64,000 nucleotides of DNA from Nitrospirota bacterium (GTDB taxonomy: Bacteria > Nitrospirota > Nitrospiria > JACQBW01), in the NCBI GenBank assembly GCA_016194305.1, contig JACQBW010000019.1:47204-111203 (forward strand). The letters are read 5' to 3'. Made by a program: the position numbers and the translations under genes. The notes beneath the pieces were generated by a model. That model was not told where the DNA came from and did no database searches. It saw nothing but the letters and a program-made list of their open reading frames with translations. Shown piece after piece: positions 49,811 to 57,229 of the stretch. Within the stretch, counting starts at the first letter, position 1, and every line of letters starts with the position of its first letter.

Positions 49811-49896
49811 AAGGCCGCAGGCGCGAGGCATCCGGAATGTACATCATCAGTACATGAGGATTGCCGAGTGGCGAGAACGCAGCAGATAGTCCATGA
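49811..49896 (+). repeat. structured intergenic element, copy D
   Basis: AAGGCCGCAGGCGCGAGGCA, then hairpin (A)TGTAC (49837-42) : GTACA(T) (49850-55), then GAGGATTGCCGAGTGGCGAGAACGCAGCAGA. GAGAACGCAGCAGA (49873-86) is identical to 54181-94. The right end abuts the DUF971 stop. Confidence 0.6.
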
Positions 49897-50223
49897 TCAT
49901 CGGTTGTGACTCATGCAGGATTCGCATGGGCAGATCTTCCGGAGCAGATCAAAAGAATAAATTCCGGTGGTATGCCCGTCGCTCCAGTTAATTTGAATCG
50001 CGTAATTTCCAACCGGGAAGAGGTCTTCCGGGTGAATGTCCTTCGGAATACTTTCCCGTTTAATCAGCGATTCTCCTGTCCATTCGTCAACGCATGCCGC
50101 GCATTGGCAGGAAACTCTTAAATATTCATACGAATAATCGCTCAAGTGACCATCTTCCCAGGTCATATGAATACCAACACCCCGTATATTTTTTATTTCA
50201 CTGGGTCTGATATATTCTTTCAT
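49897..50223 (-). CDS. DUF971 (gamma-butyrobetaine hydroxylase-like N-terminal domain) protein
   Basis: 108 aa. W.DGH..DYSYEYLRVSCQCAACVDEWTG and NYAIQINWSDGHTTGIYSF. ATGA overlap with hemH. Confidence 0.75.
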   Translation of the reverse strand: MKEYIRPSEIKNIRGVGIHMTWEDGHLSDYSYEYLRVSCQCAACVDEWTGESLIKRESIPKDIHPEDLFPVGNYAIQINWSDGHTTGIYSFDLLRKICPCESCMSHNR

Positions 50224-51212
50224 TTGGACTTTCCAGCCACAATCTCTGTGAGAGCTCGGATAAAAGTAGGAGAAGCGTTGAGAGACGGCATACGATAGAA
50301 AAACGGAATATGAAGCTCGTCGGCAATCTTTTTGAACATGATATCAATTTCATAAAGCGTTTCAGAATGGTCAGAGACAAAACTAATGGGCACGACCAGG
50401 ATCTTTTTTATCTTGAGATCGGCCAGCTCTCTTAATTTTTCTTCTACAGACGGACCGATCCATTTCAATCGTCCGACTTTACTCTGATAGGCCAGGTGAA
50501 TTCTCTCCCCGTTTTCCAAATTTTTCCGCACCAACTCAACCGTCTCTTCGATCTGTCTTTGATAGGGGTCGCCTTTCATGATGATCTTTTCCGGCACGCC
50601 GTGGGCCGAAAAAAGGATATGAATCTCTCCTGGAACCTCTTCTGGAAAGGACTTTTTACCGATCTGAATATTTTCAACCACGGCTTGAATATAGGTCGGG
50701 TGGGAATACCAGTCCCGTATGACAACCGTTTGAAGCTGAACTTTCCTTTTCTCAACCAAGCGGTTCCACTCGTTCACGCCCGAACCGGACGAAGTGATAG
50801 AGTATTGCGGAAACAAGGGGAGAAGGACAACCTGTCTAATTCCTTCCCGAATAATCTGGTCCAGAGCCGATTCAAGGTTGGGACGCCAGTACCGCATCCC
50901 GACGACGACACGGTATTTTCCAGCCGTTCCAAGAGCCTTTTCTAATGCGGATCTCTGATCCTCTGTCAGTTCCGCAATGGGGGATTTCCCTCCCATGGCC
51001 CGATAATACCCTTTCGCGATTGGACTTCTTCGCCGCGAGATCCAACGTGCCAAAAAAGGGAGCATCCACTGAAATCCGAACGGCAATGCGATGATATCGG
51101 GATCGGAAAAGAGATTAAAAAGAAAGGGCTCCACTGCTTCCAAAGAGTCCGGCCCTCCCAAATTAATCAGTACCACACCCGTCACTTCCGATGAGTTAAA
51201 GGGAGGAGTCAT
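50220..51212 (-). CDS. hemH: ferrochelatase
   Basis: 330 aa. VLINLGGPDS, LPLFPQYSITSSGS and FSAHGVP motifs. Confidence 0.9.
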   Translation of the reverse strand: MTPPFNSSEVTGVVLINLGGPDSLEAVEPFLFNLFSDPDIIALPFGFQWMLPFLARWISRRRSPIAKGYYRAMGGKSPIAELTEDQRSALEKALGTAGKYRVVVGMRYWRPNLESALDQIIREGIRQVVLLPLFPQYSITSSGSGVNEWNRLVEKRKVQLQTVVIRDWYSHPTYIQAVVENIQIGKKSFPEEVPGEIHILFSAHGVPEKIIMKGDPYQRQIEETVELVRKNLENGERIHLAYQSKVGRLKWIGPSVEEKLRELADLKIKKILVVPISFVSDHSETLYEIDIMFKKIADELHIPFFYRMPSLNASPTFIRALTEIVAGKSK

Positions 51213-52213
51213 TTTTCGAACCTTTTAATAATCTTCCAATTTTCGCCGCTATCCGTCGATTTATAGAGACCGTTCTGTGTACCGGCAAATAAAATTTCCG
51301 GTCTGGATTGATTAAGTGCGATAGAACGAACGACTTTGGACTCAAGTCCCCTGTTTTTTTGCGACCAACTTCGCCCTCCATCGAAAGATTTATAGACTCC
51401 CAAATCCGTTCCGGCATAGACAGTCTTGCCATCTTTTTCATCCAGTTCGAGACCAATGACAAACCGGGAACCTATTCCTTCCGTCATTTTCGACCAGTGG
51501 TCGCCGCCGTCCTGACTCTTGAAAATTCCGGCAGTTGTCCCAATGAGAATCTCATTCGCGATTTTTGGATTCATCAGGATGCTATTCACACCCAGCGCCA
51601 TTGCGCTACCGACATCGCTCTTGATTAAACCTTCATTCTTCTTTTCCCAGCGTTCACCCAAGTCACTGCTCCTATAAATTCCACCGCTCGTTCCGACAAA
51701 AAGAATGTCCGGATTATGGGGATTGAACAGGAGAGAAACCGTATAAACAGACTCCATGCTTCCCACTTTTTCTATCCATTCTCCTCCTTCGTTCGGACTT
51801 TTAAATATTCCCACAGTCGTTGCCGTAAAAATAGTTTTAGGATCTTTGGGATAGAACGCAAAGCCGTTGACGACCGAAACATGCCCCTTGAGTCCAATAT
51901 TTGCCGGATACCATTGTTGACCTCCGTCCTGGGTCTTATAGATCGCATCTCCAAAAGTTCCCGCATAAACGGTTGAAGAAGATGCGGGATCAATACCGAG
52001 GGACAAGACGTGCGCATCTCCCAAACCCTGGCTCCGAAATTCCCAGGTTTCACCCCCATCTCTGCTTTTGTAAACTCCTTTCATCGTTGCAATGTACATG
52101 ATGTCCGGATTCGAAGGATTCATAGCAATAGTAAAAACAGTAGGCTCTTTGTGTTCGCATCCCGTGACCAAGAAAACCATGCATATCGCCAGGACCAGGA
52201 ATCGAGTTTTCAT
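51209..52213 (-). CDS. Ycf48/BNR-type seven-bladed beta-propeller lipoprotein
   Basis: The ORF-track start 52357 overlaps the upstream gene. ATG 52213 gives MKTRFLVLAICMVFLVTGC (lipobox). Seven Asp-boxes: SRDGGETW, TQDGGQQW, SPNEGGEW, SSDLGERW, SQDGGDHW, SFDGGRSW, STDSGENW. About 334 aa, like cyanobacterial Ycf48. Confidence 0.8.
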   Translation of the reverse strand: MKTRFLVLAICMVFLVTGCEHKEPTVFTIAMNPSNPDIMYIATMKGVYKSRDGGETWEFRSQGLGDAHVLSLGIDPASSSTVYAGTFGDAIYKTQDGGQQWYPANIGLKGHVSVVNGFAFYPKDPKTIFTATTVGIFKSPNEGGEWIEKVGSMESVYTVSLLFNPHNPDILFVGTSGGIYRSSDLGERWEKKNEGLIKSDVGSAMALGVNSILMNPKIANEILIGTTAGIFKSQDGGDHWSKMTEGIGSRFVIGLELDEKDGKTVYAGTDLGVYKSFDGGRSWSQKNRGLESKVVRSIALNQSRPEILFAGTQNGLYKSTDSGENWKIIKRFEK

Positions 52214-53271
52214 TATAGACCGATTCCCACCCACACACCTCGATCGCCCGTTCCCAAAAGGAGAGTTCCGGGATAAGGAGAAAAAAAGCTTCTTGCGTCC
52301 ACCGAGGCCCCTTTTCCGATAGCAGGGTGCCATAACGTACCGGAATTGTCGCTCCAAAACGCTCCTTTGTCAGTACCGATCATGATCACTTTCTTCCCGT
52401 TGAGAGTTTCAACATCCAGAGTCTGACAGTTCAATCCGGCAGGGATATCAGGCAATGTTTTCCAGAAGAGATCCTGTTTCTCAAATTTCCCTTCATAAAT
52501 AGATTTTCCGGTCCAGATATAAAGATTGTCGTTAAAGTAGGCACCTCGAATATCTCCCTGAAGTTCCGGAAAGCTGATCGGCACTGGATTGGATTCCCCT
52601 TTTTGAATATAGAAAATTTCCTGATCGGAAATTGCAAAGAGCCTGCCTTTGCCTCCAGCCACCCATTTGATCGCCCTGTCTATTGGAAGTATCATTTTTT
52701 CCCAATAGTTAGAGACCACATCTCTCCTAAAAAGTCCGTTATCTGTCCCGCTGTATAAAACATTTTCCGAATCCAGATAGAGCGCGTGAATGCCTTTCTG
52801 ACCGATACCTTCCTTCATCAGAACCCAGCTTTTTTTAGCCCGGTCTCCCTTATAGATCCCCTCCTCTGTTAAGATGAACAGGGTGTGGGTTGCGTCTTCA
52901 ACAATTGAACGAACATTCAAATCTGCCAAACCTTCATTCATTGGAAACCAGGAGAATCCGCCGTCCTTGCTTCTATAAACCCCTTCGCCGTCCGTTCCGG
53001 CATAAAAGCCCCTTTCCGGATCTCCGGTTAAAGAGGACACGATAGGAAAAGTTATCCCTTTATCCAATTGAGTCCAATGAGTCTCATTCATCGGTTTTCG
53101 ATAGACCGCACTGGCTGTTCCGATATAAAGCTGATCGAGTGCCAGCATCATGGATTGAACATTCTTATCGGGCAGATCACCATTCACCGATCTCCAGTTT
53201 TCCCCTTCATTCGAACTGACAAAAATCCCTTCTCCTGTTCCGGTAATTAACGATCCATCAGGGCTCATCAC
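52213..53271 (-). CDS. BNR/Asp-box beta-propeller protein (the true 5' end probably lies upstream; see findings)
   Basis: 352 aa from GTG 53271. Asp-boxes SSNEGENW, SKDGGFSW, SDNSGTLW. The same frame stays open to 53481 and encodes another blade (LYAGTFGGGIFRSTDGGRRW) with no start codon. The TAATG junction overlaps the next gene. Confidence 0.7.
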   Translation of the reverse strand: MMSPDGSLITGTGEGIFVSSNEGENWRSVNGDLPDKNVQSMMLALDQLYIGTASAVYRKPMNETHWTQLDKGITFPIVSSLTGDPERGFYAGTDGEGVYRSKDGGFSWFPMNEGLADLNVRSIVEDATHTLFILTEEGIYKGDRAKKSWVLMKEGIGQKGIHALYLDSENVLYSGTDNGLFRRDVVSNYWEKMILPIDRAIKWVAGGKGRLFAISDQEIFYIQKGESNPVPISFPELQGDIRGAYFNDNLYIWTGKSIYEGKFEKQDLFWKTLPDIPAGLNCQTLDVETLNGKKVIMIGTDKGAFWSDNSGTLWHPAIGKGASVDARSFFSPYPGTLLLGTGDRGVWVGIGL

Positions 53272-53294
53272 GAGCGAACGTATGGAGTTATTGG

Positions 53295-54044
53295 TTAAGC
53301 CGGAATTGACCGGTATCCATCTTCGACCCCCGTCGGTTGACCGAAAAATGCCTCCTCCAAAGGTTCCCGCATAGAGAAAGTTTTTTGGAGATTGGACAAA
53401 AGCCCTGATATAATTTTCATTTCGAAATAGGTCCCTGAATGGTCGATGAGAAAAGCCCTGACCAGAGTCGATTCCATTCCCTTATTCAGGCCTTCCCAGC
53501 TCAATCCCTGATCCCTGCTTTTAAAAACACCGCTACCGGTTCCGATAAAATATTCGCCGTGATATTCCGTAATGGTCGCAATTTCAAAATTAGTCAATCC
53601 CGAATTCGAGGGGAGCCAGGTTTTTCCCTTATCCACGCTTCTAAAAATTCCCCCTTTGATCGTTCCGGCCAGAAAGACTCCGTCTTTTGACCTGCTGAGA
53701 GAAAGAAGAAAGGGATCTCTTATTCCTTTGCTTAGAGGTTCCCAAAGATCATCTTCCGGATTCTTGCGGTAGACTCCGTCTCCAAATATTCCGGCATAAA
53801 CAACACGATCTTCATGAATCAGGGCTGAAACACTTCCTCCGGCGATGGGTCCATTGGTCTGGTAAAAAGTGATTTCTCCATTTTTCGGTTTTTGATAACC
53901 CGGTTGATGCGTGATGTATTGAAATTGTTCCAGATATTTTGCCTCTTCCCGTGAACATTCACGGGGAATCATGACCGCCGTGAGCATGAGACCAAACATT
54001 GCGAGCAGCACTGATCTTGCCGCGTTTTGCATTTTATTATTCAT
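53295..54044 (-). CDS. BNR/Asp-box beta-propeller protein, exported; 3' end appears frame-disrupted
   Basis: 249 aa with a signal-like N-terminus. Asp-boxes SVDKGKTW and SRDQGLSW. The last ~45 residues (YFEMKIISGLLSNLQKTF...) lose propeller character, while the alternative frame keeps it. Confidence 0.65.
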   Translation of the reverse strand: MNNKMQNAARSVLLAMFGLMLTAVMIPRECSREEAKYLEQFQYITHQPGYQKPKNGEITFYQTNGPIAGGSVSALIHEDRVVYAGIFGDGVYRKNPEDDLWEPLSKGIRDPFLLSLSRSKDGVFLAGTIKGGIFRSVDKGKTWLPSNSGLTNFEIATITEYHGEYFIGTGSGVFKSRDQGLSWEGLNKGMESTLVRAFLIDHSGTYFEMKIISGLLSNLQKTFSMREPLEEAFFGQPTGVEDGYRSIPA

Positions 54045-54119
54045 AGAGTATAACTACCTATATCCTTAAGTATTTAGTGAAAGCAAAGTTTTACAGGTTG
54101 GTCAGAAAAGTCTTTATGC

Positions 54120-54214
54120 CAGGCCACAGAATCGAGGCGACGGAGGCGTATGAGGTTATACGTTGACGAAGCCGAGATTTGAGAACGCAGCAGAAAGCAT
54201 TTCTCAGCAACCTG
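54120..54214 (+). repeat. structured intergenic element, copy C
   Basis: CAGGCCACAGAATCGAGGCGACGGAGG, then hairpin CGTAT (54147-51) : ATACG (54158-62), then TTGACGAAGCCGAGATTTGAGAACGCAGCAGAAAGCATTTCTCAGCAACCTGC. The right end abuts the stop of the 54215..54475 ORF. Confidence 0.6.
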
Positions 54215-54475
54215 CTACGGAAGTTGTTTGAGGGCGGCTTCTATGAGATCCCACAGAACCTGCCTCGTCGTCGCATGACCAAACGGATAAGCCTTTCCGG
54301 TCATTTCCTGATAAAGCTTTTTTCCCTCTTCGATGGAGAGAACCTGAGGCGCACCCCGTTCTTGAAAAAAAACCTCTTTGGCATGAAATGAAATGAGGTG
54401 GGGATAACCCCTGCTATCTTTACAAATCAAGAATTCGTTACCGGTAGAGTCCTGAATCCATAAACCTATTTTCAT
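54215..54475 (-). CDS. hypothetical 86-aa protein
   Basis: ORF only. 38-nt overlap with the upstream membrane-protein gene. No family recognised. Confidence 0.35.
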   Translation of the reverse strand: MKIGLWIQDSTGNEFLICKDSRGYPHLISFHAKEVFFQERGAPQVLSIEEGKKLYQEMTGKAYPFGHATTRQVLWDLIEAALKQLP

Positions 54476-54776
54476 CGCTTCTTTTCCGCTGTTTCAAGAA
54501 ATTTTCGATAACAATTCCGGTAAAACCGCCCATTGCAGCACCTGTCCCCGCACAAATATCCAGTATTTCCCAGCCTCCAATGTAATACCCCGTGATCCCC
54601 AATATGAATGCGCCCGTTACCACAGAGAAAAAGAATATCCTGGCGCCCAATGCGCCGACAAATCCGCCGAGTAAAGCTCCCAAGATCGATCCAATCGAAA
54701 TAGAAATCCATTTCCCCAGGTAAAATCCGACCACCCCTCCCGTAAAGCCGAGAATGATCCCCCCTGCGATGATCAT
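54438..54776 (-). CDS. small glycine-zipper membrane protein
   Basis: Start moved to ATG 54776, 1 nt after the upstream TAA. MIIAGGIILGFTGGVVGFYLG...GALLGGFVGALGA... consists of repeated GxxxG transmembrane segments. Confidence 0.5.
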   Translation of the reverse strand: MIIAGGIILGFTGGVVGFYLGKWISISIGSILGALLGGFVGALGARIFFFSVVTGAFILGITGYYIGGWEILDICAGTGAAMGGFTGIVIENFLKQRKRSDENRFMDSGLYR

Positions 54777-54777
54777 A

Positions 54778-55239
54778 TTATGAGCAGTAATTTTTGATAA
54801 AGCGATCGGCATGTTCTTTTTTAGTGAGTTCAGCAAGTTTTCCGGATCGACTGGCAAAAAGATGAAAGAATTCGCAGGCTTTACGGGAATTGCCAATCTT
54901 TTCATAAGCCCAGGCGGTCATAAAGAGCGGCGTATAAAGAAGAGGCCTGCCGGTAATCTCATAGTCCGATCTGAGCTCTGAAGCCTGTCGAAACAGCACA
55001 ATCGCTTCCTCAAACTTGGCTTCCGACATATCGATCATGCCCTTTCGATTTAATTCATATGCTTTTTCTACGGAATCTTCGGCGAGTCCGGTTACGGGGA
55101 TCAGACAGACAATGACCCCGTAAAGAATTTGACTTAATAAAGCTGATGATTTGAAAATAAGAGCTCCTTGACGGAAACCTCTCCTCCATCCGAAAGGAAA
55201 ATTCTCCTTCTCCCCGGGAGATAGATTTCGTCGACGCAT
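54778..55239 (-). CDS. hypothetical exported protein with TPR-like helical repeat; start uncertain
   Basis: Signal-like ILYGVIVCLIPVTGLA, then an AYELNRKGM...FEEAIVLFRQA...AWAYEKIGN helical hairpin. The ORF-track ATG at 55239 overlaps the upstream gene by 106 nt, and no canonical internal start is seen. Confidence 0.4.
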   Translation of the reverse strand: MRRRNLSPGEKENFPFGWRRGFRQGALIFKSSALLSQILYGVIVCLIPVTGLAEDSVEKAYELNRKGMIDMSEAKFEEAIVLFRQASELRSDYEITGRPLLYTPLFMTAWAYEKIGNSRKACEFFHLFASRSGKLAELTKKEHADRFIKNYCS

Positions 55240-55805
55240 TTCGGGTCATCATTAAAACTTTCAACCTGTTTTAAATCCCCCTTTGGCGTAAAATAATAGA
55301 CCACATAGCGGGTATTCAGGTATTTTCCATCAGAAGTTTTGATCGAATCCTGGATATTAATCGTAAAACGAACAGGACCCATATTCCGATTAATCTGGAG
55401 GATCCGATTCTCTTTTATTCGGTATCGCGTGTTCAGACCATCTCCATGAATTCGGACGAGCTGCCCAAGTGGATGTAAATCGAACTCTCCTAAGCTCAAT
55501 GAATGCTTTCCGTCACCGGCATCAAAGAGACGGTAAGCCCTATGGACCGCCATCATTCCAATCTGTCCTTCTGCCCATTTTCCAGCCTCCATGTCACTCA
55601 GCAGGACTTTAACTTGATCAGGAAGCTGAACTTCGGCCCTCCCTTTATACGATTTTCCGTTTAGAATAACTTCAAGATCGGAGGAAAAACCTTTAAAACC
55701 TTTCTCCCAGCGATAGGTTGTTTCGTAAGCCCCTTTCAGGAGATTCCGAGCCTCGGGTTGATCGGGCGGAATAGCTCCTTCTTCTCCATTTCCGGCATTA
55801 TTCAT
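55134..55805 (-). CDS. hypothetical protein (~223 aa), divergent from the CbbQ-like gene
   Basis: Start moved to ATG 55805, preceded by AAGGGAGG. Soluble and beta-rich by composition. I half-recall a cyanobacterial DUF family but cannot support that. Confidence 0.5.
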   Translation of the reverse strand: MNNAGNGEEGAIPPDQPEARNLLKGAYETTYRWEKGFKGFSSDLEVILNGKSYKGRAEVQLPDQVKVLLSDMEAGKWAEGQIGMMAVHRAYRLFDAGDGKHSLSLGEFDLHPLGQLVRIHGDGLNTRYRIKENRILQINRNMGPVRFTINIQDSIKTSDGKYLNTRYVVYYFTPKGDLKQVESFNDDPKCVDEIYLPGRRRIFLSDGGEVSVKELLFSNHQLY

Positions 55806-55828
55806 TTTCAATCCTCCCTTTTTGGGCC

Positions 55829-55858
55829 TTGTCAGGCAAAAAGTTACTATGCTATATT
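55829..55858 (+). promoter_or_regulatory. candidate sigma70 promoter for the CbbQ/NorQ-like gene
   Basis: TTGTCA (55829-34), 18-nt spacer, TATATT (55853-58), about 32 nt upstream of the GTG at 55890. Confidence 0.4.
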
Positions 55859-55889
55859 TAAAAACTGAAATCAACTCTTAAAGAACGAG

Positions 55890-56672
55890 GTGCCCATTTC
55901 CAGCGAACCCTATTATCTCCCTACCGGCGACGAAGCACTTCTCTTTAAGATCGCCTTTCATTCCAAGATTCCTGTCATCCTAAAGGGCCCTACCGGATGC
56001 GGAAAAAGCCGATTTGTCGAATTTATGGCCCATCAGCTCAAAGTCCCGCTGATTACAGTTTCCTGCCATGAAGATCTTACCGCTTCCGACCTGGTTGGGA
56101 GATATCTCCTGAAAGGGAGCGAAACCGTCTGGATGGACGGTCCTCTCACGACTGCAGTAAAAGAAGGAGGCCTCTGCTATCTTGATGAAATTGTCGAGGC
56201 CAGAAAAGATACAACCGTGGTGATACATCCTCTGTCGGACAGCAGACGTCTGCTTCCGATTGAAAAAAGAGGGAGCGTTCTCGAAGCCCACCCTCAATTT
56301 ATGCTTGTTCTTTCCTACAATCCCGGGTATCAAAGCGTTTTAAAAGAATTGAAACAGAGTACAAAGCAAAGATTTCTCGCTTTGGAATTTAACTATCCCC
56401 TGTTTGAACAGGAGGTAGAAATTATCAGGCACGAGGCTGAAATTAAGGATGAACTGGCCAAGAAACTGGTCAAAATAGGCCACAAGATCCGAAACCTTAA
56501 GAACCAAGGCCTTGATGAGGGCGTCAGTACCCGTCTTCTGATCTACGCCGGCACTCTGATTCGAAATGGTATTGAGCCTCTACTCGCCTGCAGAACCGCA
56601 TTAGGTCAACCGGTCACCGACGACCCTGAAATGCAAAAGAGTATCGCAGAAATTGTATCTGCCATACTATGA
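55890..56672 (+). CDS. CbbQ/NorQ/NirQ-family (MoxR-class) AAA+ ATPase
   Basis: 260 aa with a GTG start. [10 protein letters not shown].., Walker [17 protein letters not shown], Walker [17 protein letters not shown]. Size and motifs match CbbQ/NorQ. Confidence 0.85.
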   Translation: MPISSEPYYLPTGDEALLFKIAFHSKIPVILKGPTGCGKSRFVEFMAHQLKVPLITVSCHEDLTASDLVGRYLLKGSETVWMDGPLTTAVKEGGLCYLDEIVEARKDTTVVIHPLSDSRRLLPIEKRGSVLEAHPQFMLVLSYNPGYQSVLKELKQSTKQRFLALEFNYPLFEQEVEIIRHEAEIKDELAKKLVKIGHKIRNLKNQGLDEGVSTRLLIYAGTLIRNGIEPLLACRTALGQPVTDDPEMQKSIAEIVSAIL

Positions 56673-56863
56673 AAGGGGCTCGCGTCGCCCCCTCCAACGG
56701 CATAGCCTTATGGAGCCTCCCCTTCTCGCTCGCTTTGCTCGCTGGATCTCCAATAGGGGCTCGCGTCGTTCCGGGTGCTCACCGTCTCGCACCCGCGCAC
56801 AGGATTATTGGCACTTCTTCGTGCCAACGTGCGCACTATCCAAAGGCAAAACCGGATTCGTAA
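56673..56863 (+). other. GC-rich structured insert between the CbbQ-like gene and the downstream genes
   Basis: The 14-nt direct repeat AGGGGCTCGCGTCG occurs at 56674-87 and 56755-68. Hairpins: GGTGC (56774-78) with GCACC (56789-93), and a nested pair, GCGCAC (56795-800) with GTGCGC (56829-34) enclosing GGCAC (56810-14) with GTGCC (56821-25). Visibly richer in G+C than the flanks. Confidence 0.5.
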
Positions 56864-57229
56864 ATGAGTAGGCCATACGATATTATTCTTATTGGTTGGA
56901 TTTTTCTGACGAATCTCCTTCTCGACAGTTACCTCATTTTTGCCAATCCGACTTATTCTCTAAAAATATTTGGAACACATTTCTCGGGATGGGCGGGATG
57001 GGCCTTTAAAATTCAATCACCCATTTTACATGGCCTGCTTGGCATTGGATTCATAAGAACCAAACGATGGTCCTATCTCCTTTATATGGCCTATGCCGCA
57101 TTTGGACTCGTCAATGCATTTGCCAATCTCTATTTTTTGGGTTACGGAAGAATCCGTATGATCTTTATCGTTTCACTCCTGGTCATCTCGGGCTATATCT
57201 ACTTTCGGAGAAAGGCATTTCATGCCTAG
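56864..57229 (+). CDS. small polytopic membrane protein (about 4 TM)
   Basis: 121 aa and hydrophobic throughout (IILIGWIFLTNLLL.., GWAGWAF.., YLLYMAYAAFGLVNAF.., MIFIVSLLVISGYIYF). Its stop overlaps the VWA-gene ATG by 8 nt. Confidence 0.6.
   Translation: MSRPYDIILIGWIFLTNLLLDSYLIFANPTYSLKIFGTHFSGWAGWAFKIQSPILHGLLGIGFIRTKRWSYLLYMAYAAFGLVNAFANLYFLGYGRIRMIFIVSLLVISGYIYFRRKAFHA

Noticed and set aside
51209-52357. Long N-terminal extensions in ORF-track models (this one, and also 35742, 55874, 17186, 19741, 60493, 14841, 35645)
   Set aside because: The extensions overlap the preceding gene or lack an RBS. Internal ATGs are preceded by AGGAGG-type sites and give proper signal peptides, lipoboxes or domain starts, so the starts were moved.
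54179-54391. 70-aa ORF starting inside repeat copy C, and a 13-codon GVARTQQ.. ORF in copy D
   Set aside because: The shared RTQQ residues only reflect the conserved GAGAACGCAGCAGA DNA block. Copies A, B and E have no start codon or a different frame, and the 54179 ORF is antisense to a better-supported gene end. A conserved peptide is unlikely.
56674-56768. Considered whether the 14-nt direct repeats could be a mini CRISPR array
   Set aside because: There are only two copies, the repeats are too short, the 67-nt spacer is itself low-complexity, and there are no cas genes in the window.
56808-56825. Sigma54-like TGGCAC-N5-..TGC upstream of the 121-aa membrane-protein gene
   Set aside because: In TGGCACTTCTTCGTGCC the GC of the -12 element is one base further from the GG than in the TGGCACG-N4-TTGC consensus, and TTGC is replaced by CGTGC. 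The same bases form a perfect GGCAC/GTGCC hairpin, which explains the resemblance.
56653-56871. Two overlapping ORF-track ORFs (72 and 64 aa) in the spacer after the CbbQ-like gene
   Set aside because: They lie entirely in the GC-rich repeat/hairpin segment. Their only internal similarity (GARVAPS/GARVVPG) is produced by the 14-nt DNA direct repeat. There is no RBS and the composition is Ala/Arg/Pro/Ser-rich low complexity. I treat the segment as non-coding structured DNA/RNA.
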